Origin: the human T2T-CHM13v2.0 reference genome, Homo sapiens
Assembly (NCBI RefSeq): GCF_009914755.1
Contig: NC_060936.1
Length of the DNA: 64,000 nt
Strand: one strand, 5' to 3'
This document shows positions 1-21,121 of the stretch, piece by piece; within the stretch, counting starts at the first letter, position 1, and each line of letters starts with the position of its first letter. The notes beneath the pieces are model-generated. The model was not told the origin of the DNA, searched no databases, and was given only the letters and a program-made list of their open reading frames with translations. Made by a program: the position numbers and the translations under genes.

Positions 1-57
1 CATAAGATCATAAAATCTCAGTATTGGAAGAGAACCAAAAGGTCATCTATACAAGAA

Positions 58-265
58 AACAGCAAGCTTTTTCTATAAAGAGCCAGTTAATATTTTAGGC
101 TTTGGGTGTCACAGTATCTGCCATAATATTCAACCCTACCATTGTAGCTTGAAAGCAGTGTATACAATATATGGAGCATGGTGAGGTTCCAATAAAATTT
201 GATTTACAAATATAGGCAGAGAGATAGATTTGGCCAATGGGTTTTGGTTTTGCCACCGATGATCT
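58..265 (-). mobile_element. MER58A-like hAT-Charlie DNA transposon fossil
   Basis: Colinear with recalled MER58A reverse complement: cagcaagctttttctataaagagccag..attttaggcttt..ttccaataaaa..gatttggcc. Confidence 0.75.
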
Positions 266-347
266 AGACTATCCAGCTATGAGAAGGAAAAAAAAAAAAA
301 AAAAAAAAACGAAGGAAAACTTCTTTAAGATGAAACTCAAAATATGT

Positions 348-1000
348 CTGCCAGTATTGAAAACAGCATGGAGGAACTTCAAAAAATTAAAAACAGAACT
401 AAAATATGATCCAGCAATCCCACTACTGAGTATATGTCCAGAGGAAATGAAATCAGTATGTTCAGTATGTTAAAGAGATATCTGCACTCCCACGTTCACT
501 GCAGAAGTATTCACAGTAGCTAAGATAAAGAATCAACCTTAGTGTCTGTCAATGGATAAATGAGTAAAACAAATACTATATATATATACACACACACATA
601 AGCACATATGTATGTATATACACATACACACAACAAAATACTATTCAGCATTAAAAGAAAAAATCCTGTCATTTGTGACAACATGGATGAACCTATAAAC
701 ATTACATTAAGTGAAATAAGCCAGACACAGAAAGACCAATAGCACATGATCTCACTTAAATGTGAAATCCAAAAAAGGGGAACTCATTGAAATAGAGAGT
801 AGAATGGTATCTACTCTCTACTGGGGCTGGGTTAGGAAGTAGTGGGTTGCAAAGATGTTGGTCAAAATATATAAAATTTCAGTTATGCTAGATGAACAAG
901 TTCAAGAGGTTGATTATGCAACATGGTGACCATAGTTAATAACAATGCATTTTGAAAACCACTTAGAGAATAGACTTTAAGGGTTCTCACTACAAAAAAA
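348..1000 (+). mobile_element. L1MA-type LINE 3' region, interrupted by THE1D
   Basis: ORF2 C-terminal remnant (ELKYDPAIPLL) and 3'UTR motifs; resumes at 3939. Confidence 0.85.
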
Positions 1001-1345
1001 TGTGTCCCCACCCAAATCTCACCTTGAATTGTAAACCCCATAATCATCATGGATCATGAGAGGTACGTGGTGGGAGGTAATTGAATCATGATGGTGGTTT
1101 CTGCCATGCCATTCTTGTGATAGCAAGTGAGTCTCATGAGATCTGATGATTTTATAAAGGTCTATCATTTTCCTTACTGACATTCTCTGTCCTGCTGCCC
1201 TTTGAAGAGGTAAGTTCTGCCATGATTGTAAGTTTCCTGAGGCCTTCCCAGCTGTGCAGAACTGCTAGTTAATTAAATCTCTTTTCTTTATACATTACCC
1301 AGTCTCAGGTATTTCTTCATAGCAGCATGAGAACAGACTAATATA
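1001..1345 (+). mobile_element. THE1D 5' LTR (first ~14 nt missing)
   Basis: tgtgtccccacccaaatctc...gaacagactaatata; homologous to the LTR at 3576-3938. Confidence 0.9.
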
Positions 1346-1354
1346 GTAAATGGG

Positions 1355-1722
1355 TGTATTAGTCTTTTTTCACACTGCTAATAAAGACATACCTGAGACT
1401 GGGTAATTTATAAAGAAAAAGAGGTTTAATTGACTCACAGTTCACATGGCCGAGGAGGCCTCACAATCATGGCGTAAGGCAAAGAAGGAGCAAAGTCATG
1501 TCTTACATGGTGACAGGCAAGAGAGAGCATGTGCAGGGGAACTCACTTTTATAAAACCATCAGATCTCATGAGACTTACTCACTATCACAAGAACAGCAC
1601 AGGAAAGACCCACCCCATCATGATTCAGTTACCTCCTATCAGGTCCCTCCTATGATGTACGGGAATTATGGGAGCAACAATTCAGGATGAGATTTGGGTG
1701 GGGACACAACAAAACCACATCA
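1355..1722 (-). mobile_element. THE1B/C-type solo LTR inserted in reverse into THE1D
   Basis: tgtattagtc...aaaccacatca; 5-bp TSD atggg (1350-1354)/attgg (1723-1727). Confidence 0.9.
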
Positions 1723-3575
<1,853 letters not shown>

Positions 3576-3938
3576 TGGTAGGGTTTGGCCATGTCCCCAA
3601 CCAAATTTGATCTTGAATTGTAATCCCCATAATCCCCAAGTGTCATAAGAGGGACCTGGTGTAAGGTAATTGAATCATGAGGATGGTTCCCCCATGCTGT
3701 GCTTGTGATAGTGAGTGAGTTCTCACAAGATCTGATGGTTTTATGAGTGTCTGGCATTTCCCTTGCTGGCACTCATTCTCTCTCCAGCCACCCTGTAAAG
3801 AGGTGCCTTCTGCCATGATTGTAAGTTTCCTGATGCCTCACCAGCCATGCAGAACTGTGAGTGAACTAAACCTCTTTTCTTTATAAATTGCCCAGTCTTG
3901 GGTATTTCTTCACAGAAGTGTGAGAACAGACTAATACA
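3576..3938 (+). mobile_element. THE1D 3' LTR
   Basis: tggtagggtttggcc...gactaataca. Confidence 0.9.
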
Positions 3939-4090
3939 GTATGTGAGACAGTGGATATGTTAATTTGCTCAATTTAGCCATTTCTTAATGTATACACATT
4001 TAAAAATATCACATACAGGATAAATATATACAATTTTTATTCATCAATTAGAAAACAAATAAATGCATAAATACATAAATGCATAAATAA
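3939..4090 (+). mobile_element. L1MA-type 3' end (continuation of 348-1000)
   Basis: gtatgtgag..gatatgttaatt..aatttttatt..caatta followed by an A-rich tail. Confidence 0.8.
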
Positions 4091-4134
4091 GAGGTCTGAG
4101 ATATCAGACCTCCATTTGATTATTCATCTTTTTA

Positions 4135-4500
4135 TATTTTAAGTATAATAGTCCAACCGTTAAGGGCATAAGTCTTAAATGATACATTTCTACATATGTA
4201 TATACCCCTGTAAACACCAACCAGCTCAAGACAGAACACTTCCAATACTGCCAAAACACCCTCTTGTTCCCCTTCAGAATCAATTATACATAAAAATAAT
4301 GCCTATTCTTACTTTATCCATATGAATAAATGTTGTTTCTTTTTTAACATTATATAAATGGAGTTGGGCAATTTCTCAATTGTTGTATGAGGTTTCTGTT
4401 GCTCAACATTATGACTGAGGAATTACATCATTTTATAAAACTCATATTCTAAAATGTGCAATTTCAAACGTTTATTAGAGCATTATCTATCATAATATAC
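4135..4500 (-). mobile_element. old L1 (L1MC/ME) 3' fragment
   Basis: Degenerate reverse L1 3'UTR motifs (cagaacacttccaatac, tataaatgga, ctcaacattatg). Confidence 0.55.
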
Positions 4501-5094
4501 TAAATATTCAATGATAGGACAATGTTTTCTTAAGTGAGGTAGATATTTTTGTGTCCACAGTATTTATTTATAACTTAAATTATATTAGAATTGTCTTGAG
4601 CCCCCATCTAACACACTGGCAAAATCCTTATTACTGAACTCTTGGGGCTCCTGCCCTTCCCATCATCCAGGCCCTTTACCCCTCATCTAAGATCCATAAC
4701 TGCTTTATGAAGTACAAAAGAGGGGTAAGTCAGACATCCTTTCCCAGACTAGAAAGAAATCAAGTGTATACCAGGCTACAGCTGTCATCACTGCAGTTTG
4801 TCCTCCCCACCACAAAGGTGAGCTTTGCAGAATGTTTCACCCCAGCCCTGCTGACCCATGCCACAGGGAATTAACTGCCCAGGTCTGTCTAAGTCTCTAT
4901 TGCTGAACTCCCTAATCATAATCCTTTGAAAAAGAGTCCCTCTGCAGGCAACTCCACACTCTACATTTTGAGCTGAGCCACAGGTGACCCTCACTTAAGG
5001 AGTAAAAGCTTTGTAGTGCTAAGTTTTTTAAGCATCCACACAATTACAGCATTTGCTTTCTCAGAACACCCACCTAGAGAAGAGTTGGGCCTCT

Positions 5095-5345
5095 GAGAGG
5101 TAGTTGGGTGTAATAGTTAACATGAACTCAAGGTTCAGATAGCTCAAATTCAATTTCCAACCCTTTAACTTACTAGCTGTGTGACTTTGGAAAGCCGTAA
5201 TCTCTCTGTGCCTGTTTTTGCATATGAAAAATGGTGAATTGTAGTAGCACCTACCTTATAGAATCAATGTTAGGATTAAATGAATTAATCATGTAAAACT
5301 CTTGGAATAATGCCTGACATGTAATAAACTACATTATATAGTTAT
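5095..5345 (+). mobile_element. MIR SINE
   Basis: Core acttactagctgtgtgactttgg..tctctgtgcctg..gattaaatga. Confidence 0.85.
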
Positions 5346-5648
5346 AGTAATTAATTCTGAAATGCAAAACCTTTCTACCCTACCCTAGACATTATTGTCT
5401 ACCCTAGACATTATTATTCTAGTCTCCATAGGAATAAAACCTAATTGCCCAGAAAGTTCTAGTCAAATGTACCAAACTGGGCTGACACAGAAATGAAAAG
5501 ACCGAAGACAAAATTGAATATATTTTATGATCTTTACTGAAAAAAGATAAACATATGCATAGAAATCATACTGGAAAGAAATATATAAACATGTTAGCAA
5601 TCATTTCTAATCTGTGAAATTATGAATAACTAATTATCTTCTTTATAA

Positions 5649-5985
<337 letters not shown>

Positions 5986-6755
5986 AAGCAAGTGTAACTT
6001 TTAATATTAACTTTAACAATGAAATCACCTTTGTGTGTAGCTTATTTAAAATAATGAATAAAGCTTGTATATCTGTGCCAGAACTTCATCCAGTAGATTT
6101 ATATCCACAGGATTTAGATGTCAGTACTCGACTGACATATCCAAACTATGTTTTGCTAGCGTGTAAAATAAGAATGATATCCCTAGTTAAATTGGTTGTC
6201 AAAATTAAATGAGAAATTGGATGATAAAGCCCTTTTATAATGTAATATACTATGCAAATGTAAGAAATTTCATTGATTTTATTATTAGATTTTAAAAAGG
6301 CATATAAGGTAATATTTTCAGAAACTCAAAGTGCTCATTTATACCAAAAACATTAGGGAAAAATGAACAAAACTTCCAGCTAAGTAAGTGATTTAAAACT
6401 TACTGAGACAGTGCCCCTTTGCTTGTATTGTGAATGAACACAGTGGGCTATTGGCTAGCTTGTATCTGCTCATATAAGAGACAACCTACATGAATATACA
6501 CCAAGTGCTAGAAGATTCCATTACCACAAAAAATTATTAAAAGCTGGGTATTGTGCTAGCCATTCGGGACATAAAAATAAGTCAGACGACTGTTGTCCTC
6601 AAAAATTTCACAGTGCAGAAAATTTGGAGACAATGTCATGCACATTTATGCTAACTTAATCTAAGATCGTACATACTTTTTAATCTTCATGCAATATTAT
6701 CTTATTATAATTACTTTTGTTTTTCACAAACGTAAAAAATTTACTTGGATGTTGT

Positions 6756-6777
6756 ACACACACACACACACACACAC
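6756..6777. repeat. (CA)n microsatellite
   Basis: Directly visible. Confidence 0.95.
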
Positions 6778-6897
6778 TCCTATTGTTTTTGATTATTAAT
6801 ATTGGTAGACAGATCAATGAATGTAGGCTCTGCTGCTTAATTCGATGTTCAGTTTCAGCTCTTGTGGACATCAGTTTGTTAAACAATAAGATAATGA

Positions 6898-7298
<401 letters not shown>

Positions 7299-8492
7299 TA
7301 ATTTTTTAACTCTTTCCAGAATTCTTCTTTCTTTGGTTTTTCTTTTATTTTTCTCACAAAGCCAAATGTAGAGACTACCACACCAAAATTTAAGACTGGA
7401 ATTTCAAGGAGGAATTAAAATAATTCTTCTGTTTGTTTTACTTATTACCACACTACCTTTTGTTACAAACATATGATCAACAGAAGTAGATGACTCTCAG
7501 AAAAGTACAGTCAATGTGTAGCCAGAGGACTGCACTTCATTGACTGGGAAGACAGTAGGATTAAATAAAATAATTTTGGACACAGAGTCACAAGACATAG
7601 GTCCTGATCCCATCCAGTGGTCCCTAATTTCCTTAGTGCAAAGTTGAATGTTTAATAAATACAAGGCTGCTGAAATACATTTTCTTTTACTCTTATCCAG
7701 ATTAGTCATTGGTGATGCATATAAAATACCTTTAATCTATCCATTTTCCTCATAATAGAGTTAAAAAATAGCAAAGAAGGAATTAAAAGAGCTGGGATGG
7801 GATACATTCACCTCCTTCATGAGGAAATACCCCTGAGGAAAAGGGAAGAAACAGGGGACCCAGTCAGTTTAAACCTTTTGTCAAGTGAACCTCTGGGTAA
7901 ATAGACCATTAACATATATTAGAAAGAAGAGATTTTATCTCTGAAATGCCCTTATATTTCATTAATATCCCTGATATCACTGGATTGATTACCTGCAGTA
8001 AATAGGACCCAGGTTCTAGGAGGCATAACCCCCTGAGGGATGTCATGTAAGCTATGCAATTCCCTGGGGTAGAGAGAAAAGACGTTTTGTAATTGCAGCA
8101 CTTGCCACCATGTGAGGAGACAGTTAACCATACTTAAAGACCTCATCTGTTCTGGGCCAGGGGGATGTCCAAGGCGGAAAGGAAGGATTCTGAGAAACAC
8201 ACTTGATATTACACACCTCTCTCTGCTTTCTCTGAGCCTTTTTCTGGGCCTTCATCTTCATAATTTTGTAGCAAATATTGATACCAGGTAAAATCTCTTA
8301 GTCCTTTGAATCTAATTTGGCAATGCAGTACTCTGTGTGAGCACATAAATATTTCAGAACTACTATATCAATAGCAATAATAGCAATTATTAAGAACTCA
8401 AACATCATTTCCTCTGAGAGAATACTCTGACTTCACCAGTATTTTGACATAATACCATAATCATGAATGTGTCCTTTGTTTTCATCAGGCTC

Positions 8493-8940
8493 TATATTAA
8501 GTAGTGCAATTGTGCCATAGTTAACAAAGAGGTTCCCCAAATTTAATAGTTTTAGGAACAGGAAGTACATTTATTTCTCTCATAAAAGTCTCAAAGAGGT
8601 GTTTCCTGTTGGAATGGGGAGGAAAGGTCTGCTCCATATATTGATTTGAGGACTCAGACTTATGGAGGCTCTCCCATCTTCAAAATATGTGGCTTCCAGA
8701 TTCACCCTGGGGCTTGTGATCCTGTTCAGCCAAAAAGCAGAGAGAGCATGGAAGAGCAATTTGAGGTATTTTATGTGCCAGGCCTAGAAGTACATCCATC
8801 ACTCTGGTCACTTCCTTGGCCTCAAGCTTAGTCACATGGCTTCACCTAACTGCAAAAGAGGCTATTAAATGTAGTCTAGCTTTATTCTAAGAAAGAAAGG
8901 GGAAATCGATTTCAGAGGACAGCTAACAGTCCCTGCCACA
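8493..8940 (-). mobile_element. old MLT1 (J/K/L-like) MaLR LTR
   Basis: agtcacatggc..cctaactgcaa..aaatgtagtct..tgccaca terminus. Confidence 0.7.
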
Positions 8941-9302
8941 GGCCCTAGACATGGATTGATTGTTTTCTGAAAGTTTAAAAAAAAATCAGACAATTAAGAA
9001 AGGTCAGGCCAAGGATTTCTTGAGAAGTCTCTATTTTATATCAAATATAATATTAAGTAACAACCATATATTTATTTCACTGTTTGCTTAGCCCTCTGCT
9101 AATGAGGTTTCCTCATTTATTTAAATGGCTGAGGAGTGCAATCTTCTCCCCAACCTTATTCACCTTAGAAAAAGGAGAGATGACTATGGCTAGGCATTTT
9201 CTACAGATATCACCTGGCAGCTGCATTCAAATAAAAAATATATCCTCAGTTCTTCTAATACTTGAGTCTGTCTTTTATAAACAGGTTGATAATTGGGTAT
9301 AA

Positions 9303-9815
9303 TGATGCAGGACAAGCAAGTCTCAAAAGTGTGGCTTAACTCAGGAGGGTTCTTGGCTTTGCCTAGGAAAGAATTCAAGGGCAAGCCAGTGCTATTACAC
9401 AGCAATCTTTTTTGAATGCCACTGTTCTTTGCAGGGCGGGGCTAACTCACAGGCAATGCGCCCAGAATGGGCAACATATGGGCTGTTGGCAACTGTATTT
9501 ATACCCACTTATACCTACTTTCAGTTACATGCAAATTAAGGGGCAAGCTAATGCAAATTGATGGGTGGGTTATTTAGAACTTTTTAGGAAAGGGGAAATA
9601 ACTTCTGGGTCATTGCCATGGAAAGGGTTGGTAACGTCTATGTTACAAATGCCATGGCATTTGTAAACTGGCATGGCATTGGGTGGGAGTGTCTTATGCT
9701 AATGGACAATAAGGGCAGCTATGGATATCTTCCATTGCCATCTGCTGGTTCTTGCCAGTTTCTTCACTTCATCCTGTTGGAATTAAGAAATAAGTCCTGT
9801 TGATCCTCTACCTCA
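9303..9815 (-). mobile_element. ERV1-class solo LTR (MER66/MER31-like)
   Basis: TG...CA termini with a perfect 4-bp TSD ataa (9299-9302, 9816-9819). Confidence 0.8.
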
Positions 9816-9962
9816 ATAAGATCCAAGAACAACCTCTTTTTAATATTCGAGGCACTGTAAGGCAGTGGCATAGTTTATATTCTCTAATGGAAAAATAGAA
9901 AACTAGAAAATAGCAAAGGTAAATTCTGACTAGAGGGAGATATAGAAATTTAAAAGAAAATG

Positions 9963-10366
<404 letters not shown>

Positions 10367-10529
10367 CTATTTTTTAATGTTGAAGGTAAAGGAAGAGCTA
10401 TCACAAGGCAAAAATCCAAAAAGTTTCTCAGCACATGAGTAGCATCTTCCACGGACCCCTTGGGATCCAGAAGAGGTCAAATCCCTCAGTTATATATTAT
10501 AGCTCCACGTAGCTTGCTTTATGACAACC

Positions 10530-10705
10530 ACAAACATGCAATATATTTTGTGGTTATTTAATTTGTGCCTTTCACACCTCCTCAACAGTAAGCTTCATAA
10601 GAGCAGGAACCTGTTTGTTTTGGCTTACCATTTAATCCCCAGTTTCTAGCAAAGGAATTGACATATAATAGAAACCCAATAATAGTTGGTAAATAAATAA
10701 ATGGA
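10530..10705 (+). mobile_element. L2 3' end
   Basis: gtaagcttcataagagcaggaacc..ccccag..caataatagttggtaaataaat. Confidence 0.7.
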
Positions 10706-10738
10706 AAAAAAGAGATAATGGTGGTTAACATTTATTGA

Positions 10739-10930
10739 CTCTTTCTATGCCTACAGCAACCATGGCTTATGGTCCCAAGAAGCATCTGACATTGTTTGCA
10801 GCTCCACCATGGGATTCTGGATAAACTGACTGGTGTGTTTGCTTCTTGTCCATTTACTAGTCCCCATAAGCTGAAACAGTCTCTCCCCATCCTCACTTTT
10901 CCTAAGGAAGAGACTTACATATACCCTGAC

Positions 10931-10931
<1 letters not shown>
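10739..10931 (+). pseudogene. RPS4X processed pseudogene, 5' part (probably RPS4XP15)
   Basis: TOP-like ctctttc, ATG at 10762, atggcttatggtcccaagaagcatctg...ccctgaca matches the recalled RPS4X 5' CDS with no introns; the locus name is from memory only. Confidence 0.92.
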
Positions 10932-15226
<4,295 letters not shown>

Positions 15227-16097
15227 TACTTAAACAATTTACAAGAAAAAGAAACAACCCCATTAAAAAGTGAGGAAAGGACATGAAGAGACACTTCTCT
15301 AAAGAAGACATACATGTGGCCAACAAACATATGAAAAAAAGCTCAACATCACTGATCATCAGAGAAATGCAAATCAAAACCACAATGAGATACCATCTCA
15401 CAGCAGTCGGAATAGCTAATTAAAAAGTCAAAAAACAACAGATACTGGCAAGGTTGTGGGGAAAAAGGAACACATTTACACTGTTGGTGGGAATGTAAAT
15501 TAGTTCAACCATTGTGGAAGACAGTGTCGCGATTCCTCAAAGACCTAGAGGCAGAAATACCACTTGATGCAGCAATCCCATTACTAGATATATACCCAAA
15601 GGAATGTGAATCATTCTATTATAAAGGTACATTAACACATTATGTTCATTGCAGGACTATTCACAATAGTAAAGGTATGGAATCCACCTAAATGCCCATC
15701 AATAATAGACTGGATAAAGAAAATATGGTACATATACACCATGGAATACTATGCAGCCATAAAAAGGAATGAGATCATGTCTTTTGCAGGGGCATGGATG
15801 GCACTGGAAGCCATCATTCTCAGCAAACTAATGCAGAAACAGAAAATCAAACACTGCATGTTCTCACTTATAAGTAGGAGTTAAATTATGAGAACACATG
15901 GACACACACTGGAGCATGTTGGAAGTTGCAGGATGAGAGAAAGGTGAGCTTCAGGAAGAATAGCTAATGGATGCCGGCTTAATACTTAGGTGATGAGATG
16001 ATCTGTACAGCAAATCACCATGGCACATGTTTAACTGTGTAACAAACCTGCACATCCTGCACATGTACCCCTGAACTGAAATAAAAGTTGGAAAAAA
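15227..16097 (+). mobile_element. older L1PA12/13-like 3' fragment
   Basis: A second ORF2 end and a different 3'UTR (caggaagaatagctaatggatg..cccctgaactgaaataaaagtt). Confidence 0.88.
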
Positions 16098-16768
16098 AAG
16101 AAAGATTTGCATGCAGTGGTTCATTAAGATCAATGGCAAGGTCTGAACTGATATAACCTATCCTGCTGGATTCATGAATGTCATCAGCATTGATAAGACT
16201 GAAAAGAATTTTTGTCTGTTGTATGACACCAAAGGTCACTCTGGTGTTCATCATACCACACCTGAGGAGGCCAAGTACAAGCTGTGCAAAGTGAGAAAAA
16301 TATCTGTGGTCACATGATGGTTCATGATGCTCACACCATCTGCTACTCGGATCCACTCATCAAGGTAAATGACACCATTCAAATTGATTTGGAGACTGGC
16401 AAGATTACAGATTGCATCAAGTTGAACACTGGCAACTTGTTGACACTGGTATCCTGTGACTGGAGATGCTACCTTGGGAAGAATTGGTGTGATAATGAAC
16501 AGAGAGAAACATTCTAGATCTTTTGATATGGTGAATGTGAAAGATGCCAATGGAAACAGCTTTGCCACCCAGCTCTCGAACATTTTTGTTTTTGACAAGG
16601 GCAACAAACCATGGATTTATCTTCCCCAATGAAAGGGTGTCCACCTCGCCATTGCTGAAGAGAGACAAAACTGATGGCCAAACAGAGCAGTGGCTGAAAT
16701 GGTCTCTAGACATGTTAGAGAGATCTTAGTACTTAATTAAAGTTAATACAGCATGAATAAAAAAAAAT
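16097..16768 (+). pseudogene. RPS4X processed pseudogene, 3' part
   Basis: aagatttgcatgcag..[30 protein letters not shown]..aaacagagcagtggctga (stop 16695-16697), attaaa and poly(A); frameshifts, a small deletion and a small duplication. Confidence 0.95.
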
Positions 16769-16960
16769 TGAAAGTTTCCTACATACCAGACACTGTACTG
16801 AGTAGTTCACATGCAGCTGAATGATAAAACAGACACCTCATTATCCTCCTTACTTAGATGATGAGATAGGCTGGGTCACTTGTCCAAGGTCACTCAACTA
16901 GAAAGGAGCAGAGTTGGAGAGGTTCAAAAGTTAGTCTTGATTACTCTGGACACATGCTCT
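16769..16960 (-). mobile_element. MIR; host of the pseudogene, other piece at ~10720-10738
   Basis: taacatttattga | ..ccagacactgtactgag..cttgtccaaggtcac. Confidence 0.7.
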
Positions 16961-17483
16961 ATGCACTCTGTTCTTTGTTGTTCTTGTTTTTAATCTCATC
17001 TTATTGGCTGAGTAGCCCCTCTTCTACTGTAATAGCACATTATAGAAAAGAATAATGGTGGGATTTCATAAGTTGTATTCACATCGAGAAAAGTGATTTC
17101 AAGCTGTAATGTTGGTTCTTTCTTAATTATGACTTCAATCCTTAGGAGTGAGGAGAAAAGCTCAACCTATCTGACATTCTCTCTAAGAACCTAAGGCCAC
17201 AGACACCTTGTAGAACGCTGACACAGGAATTTCTGACGAAGAAAGGACATATGAGTGTGTCCATAAGTATTAACACCTAAGTGTAAAGAGTAAAAACAAC
17301 ATTCTGAAACCAAGAACCACTCCAAAAGGAGTAAAACTTGCAACTATAAAAGGGGAACATTGGGAAGGTTTTCTCTCTCTCCTGTGGTTTGTTTACCAGG
17401 TTCAGTGTTTATAGAAATACGATCATCCCAGGCCTAATAACACTTACATTATAGTTTTTTATTGTTTAAATAACACTTTGTGA

Positions 17484-17976
<493 letters not shown>

Positions 17977-18426
17977 AAAATTCTGTGTCTAGAAGAGACA
18001 GGGAAATATGATTGAAGGGAGAAACAATGTGTAACTGATTATACAGATGAATAAAGTAAGGGAAAAATGGGGACCTTTGAGTGAGTGCAGATAATGTGTT
18101 TTAGTAGTTATGGTACTTTGTAAGTACACGTTCATAATTTGCCTTCACGGTTTTTTGGTCTATTTAGTCTATTGTCCTTCAAGATTTCAGGGCAGTAGAT
18201 TATTATGTCCTAATATCCCTCTATAATGGTATAAAGAAATATTTATATCCTTCTCTATTCCAAAGAGAAAGCAAGACAGTAATTTTTTACACATAATGAC
18301 ATCATCCTATGAACATTATATTTGTAAATACCATTGTCAAGAAATATACCTTGATTGAATATATTTCTAGCTATAAATAGCAGTTTAATAGAGGATGAAG
18401 CTAAAGCAGTACTTGGAGAAACTGTT

Positions 18427-18468
18427 TCTCTCTCTCTCCCTCTCTCTCTCACACACACACACATGCAG

Positions 18469-18500
<32 letters not shown>
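18427..18500. repeat. (CT)n-(CA)n compound microsatellite
   Basis: Directly visible. Confidence 0.95.
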
Positions 18501-19589
18501 CTTTTCAACTTGCCAAAATAACTACATTTCTCCAATACATAATCCTCCTCATCTCAAATTTAAAACTAGTTAGTTAGCTCCTGACAATTTATCCATGTCA
18601 GCAGCTACCTAATTTTTTAACAAGAATCAATATATTACCAGTTTTACACAACTTTATGTGTCTCTTTCACTCATATTCAAATATGTAAACTCTTTTTCTC
18701 ATCCTGAGGTTTTATTAGTTTTGCTTCAACTCTGCTCTTTCTTCCTTTGTGCCCTATTTCTTTTCTTGTTTTATTTCTTGCATCCTTCTTTATTCCCTGG
18801 ATAAAAGGAAGATTGTCATTCCTGACGCAAGCATTCATGACCTGCTGGCCCCAACAGCTACACTTGATTTAAGTAGGGCCTCGGGCAGCAACGTCACCTT
18901 TGTGAGGAGGCACATACACCAAAGCTGCAGCCTAGTCCTTGGGAGGAGTACCAAATTTGAACTGGGGCAACCTGGGCTGCTCTCCTCTCTACCCTAATGC
19001 CAATCATCGCTGCCAGCATGATTTCAACAAGGGCATCAAGAGAACAATATGCCTTGGAGTGTCCCCTGCTTCCTCTGGCTTTATGCTTTTATTTTCAAAA
19101 ACTGTAGAAGCCCCCAGCGACAACAGAGCTTCTGTGGACCCTTATAAACTGAAATAAATTACTCTTTCTCTCTAAAACCTGTCTTTGATGAAAGGTTATG
19201 ATTTGTTTATTTTCACTTCTGAAGACTCCTACTGCTAGTGTCAGTGAGTTAGAAGTAAATGTACCCAAATAAAATGTTTTACTGTCAATGCTTGCTAGAT
19301 TCCTGTTCTATTCCTGTGATCGTCCTGCCCTCTAGTGTTCAGCACACTGATATCTTTCCTCACTTATTTGTTTTTATCTTCTTATCAAGATTTCTTCAGG
19401 GCTTTGCCTCTTCTATTAGTGAAATTTGATAAGACGTCTATGCTCAGCAATAAATAAATATTTGTATTTTAATTAAAGAACTGAATATAAGAATTAAGGT
19501 TTAGGAACTTTTAAATATATGAATACTTAAAATAGATATAAGCATTTTCAATTGTCATCATAGGAATTCCCTTTGAAGCATCTCAAAGT

Positions 19590-20585
<996 letters not shown>

Positions 20586-20945
20586 CGATATGGTTTGGCT
20601 GTGTGCCCACCCAAATCTCATCTTGAATTGTAGTTCCCATAATCCCCACATGTCCTAGGAGGGACCCTGTGAGAAGTGATTGGATGATGGGGCGGTTTCC
20701 CCCATGCTGCTCTCATGATAGTGAATGGATTCTCACGAGATCTAACAGTTTTATGAGTGTAGGGCATTTCCCCTGCTTGTACTCATTCTCTCTCCTGCCA
20801 CCTTGTGAAGAGGTGCCTTCTGCCATGGTTGTAAGCTTCCTGAGGCCTCGCCAGCCATGCAAAACTGAGTCATTTAAAGCTCCTTCTTTTATAATTTCCC
20901 AGTCTCAGACAGTTCTTTATAGCAGTGTGAGAACAGACTAATACA
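20586..20945 (+). mobile_element. THE1D solo LTR
   Basis: gatatggtttggctgtgt...gactaataca. Confidence 0.9.
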
Positions 20946-21121
20946 TCCTCTCTTGCTATCTAGCTAACATGCTTCATCCTTCCCCCTGAATTTGTCACAG
21001 TCCCCTGAATTTATCATGGTCAAAACTTATTATAATTAAATGTCTGGTTAATGCCTACTCACAGTTTGCCAGTGGATTCCTGAGAACCATGGGAATTAAG
21101 ATGGTTTATGGTTCCCTTCTT

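Noticed and set aside
4560-5090. Strong donor-like motifs (GG|gtaagt at 4725, AAG|gtgagc near 4818)
   Set aside because: No convincing acceptor, frame or partner exon
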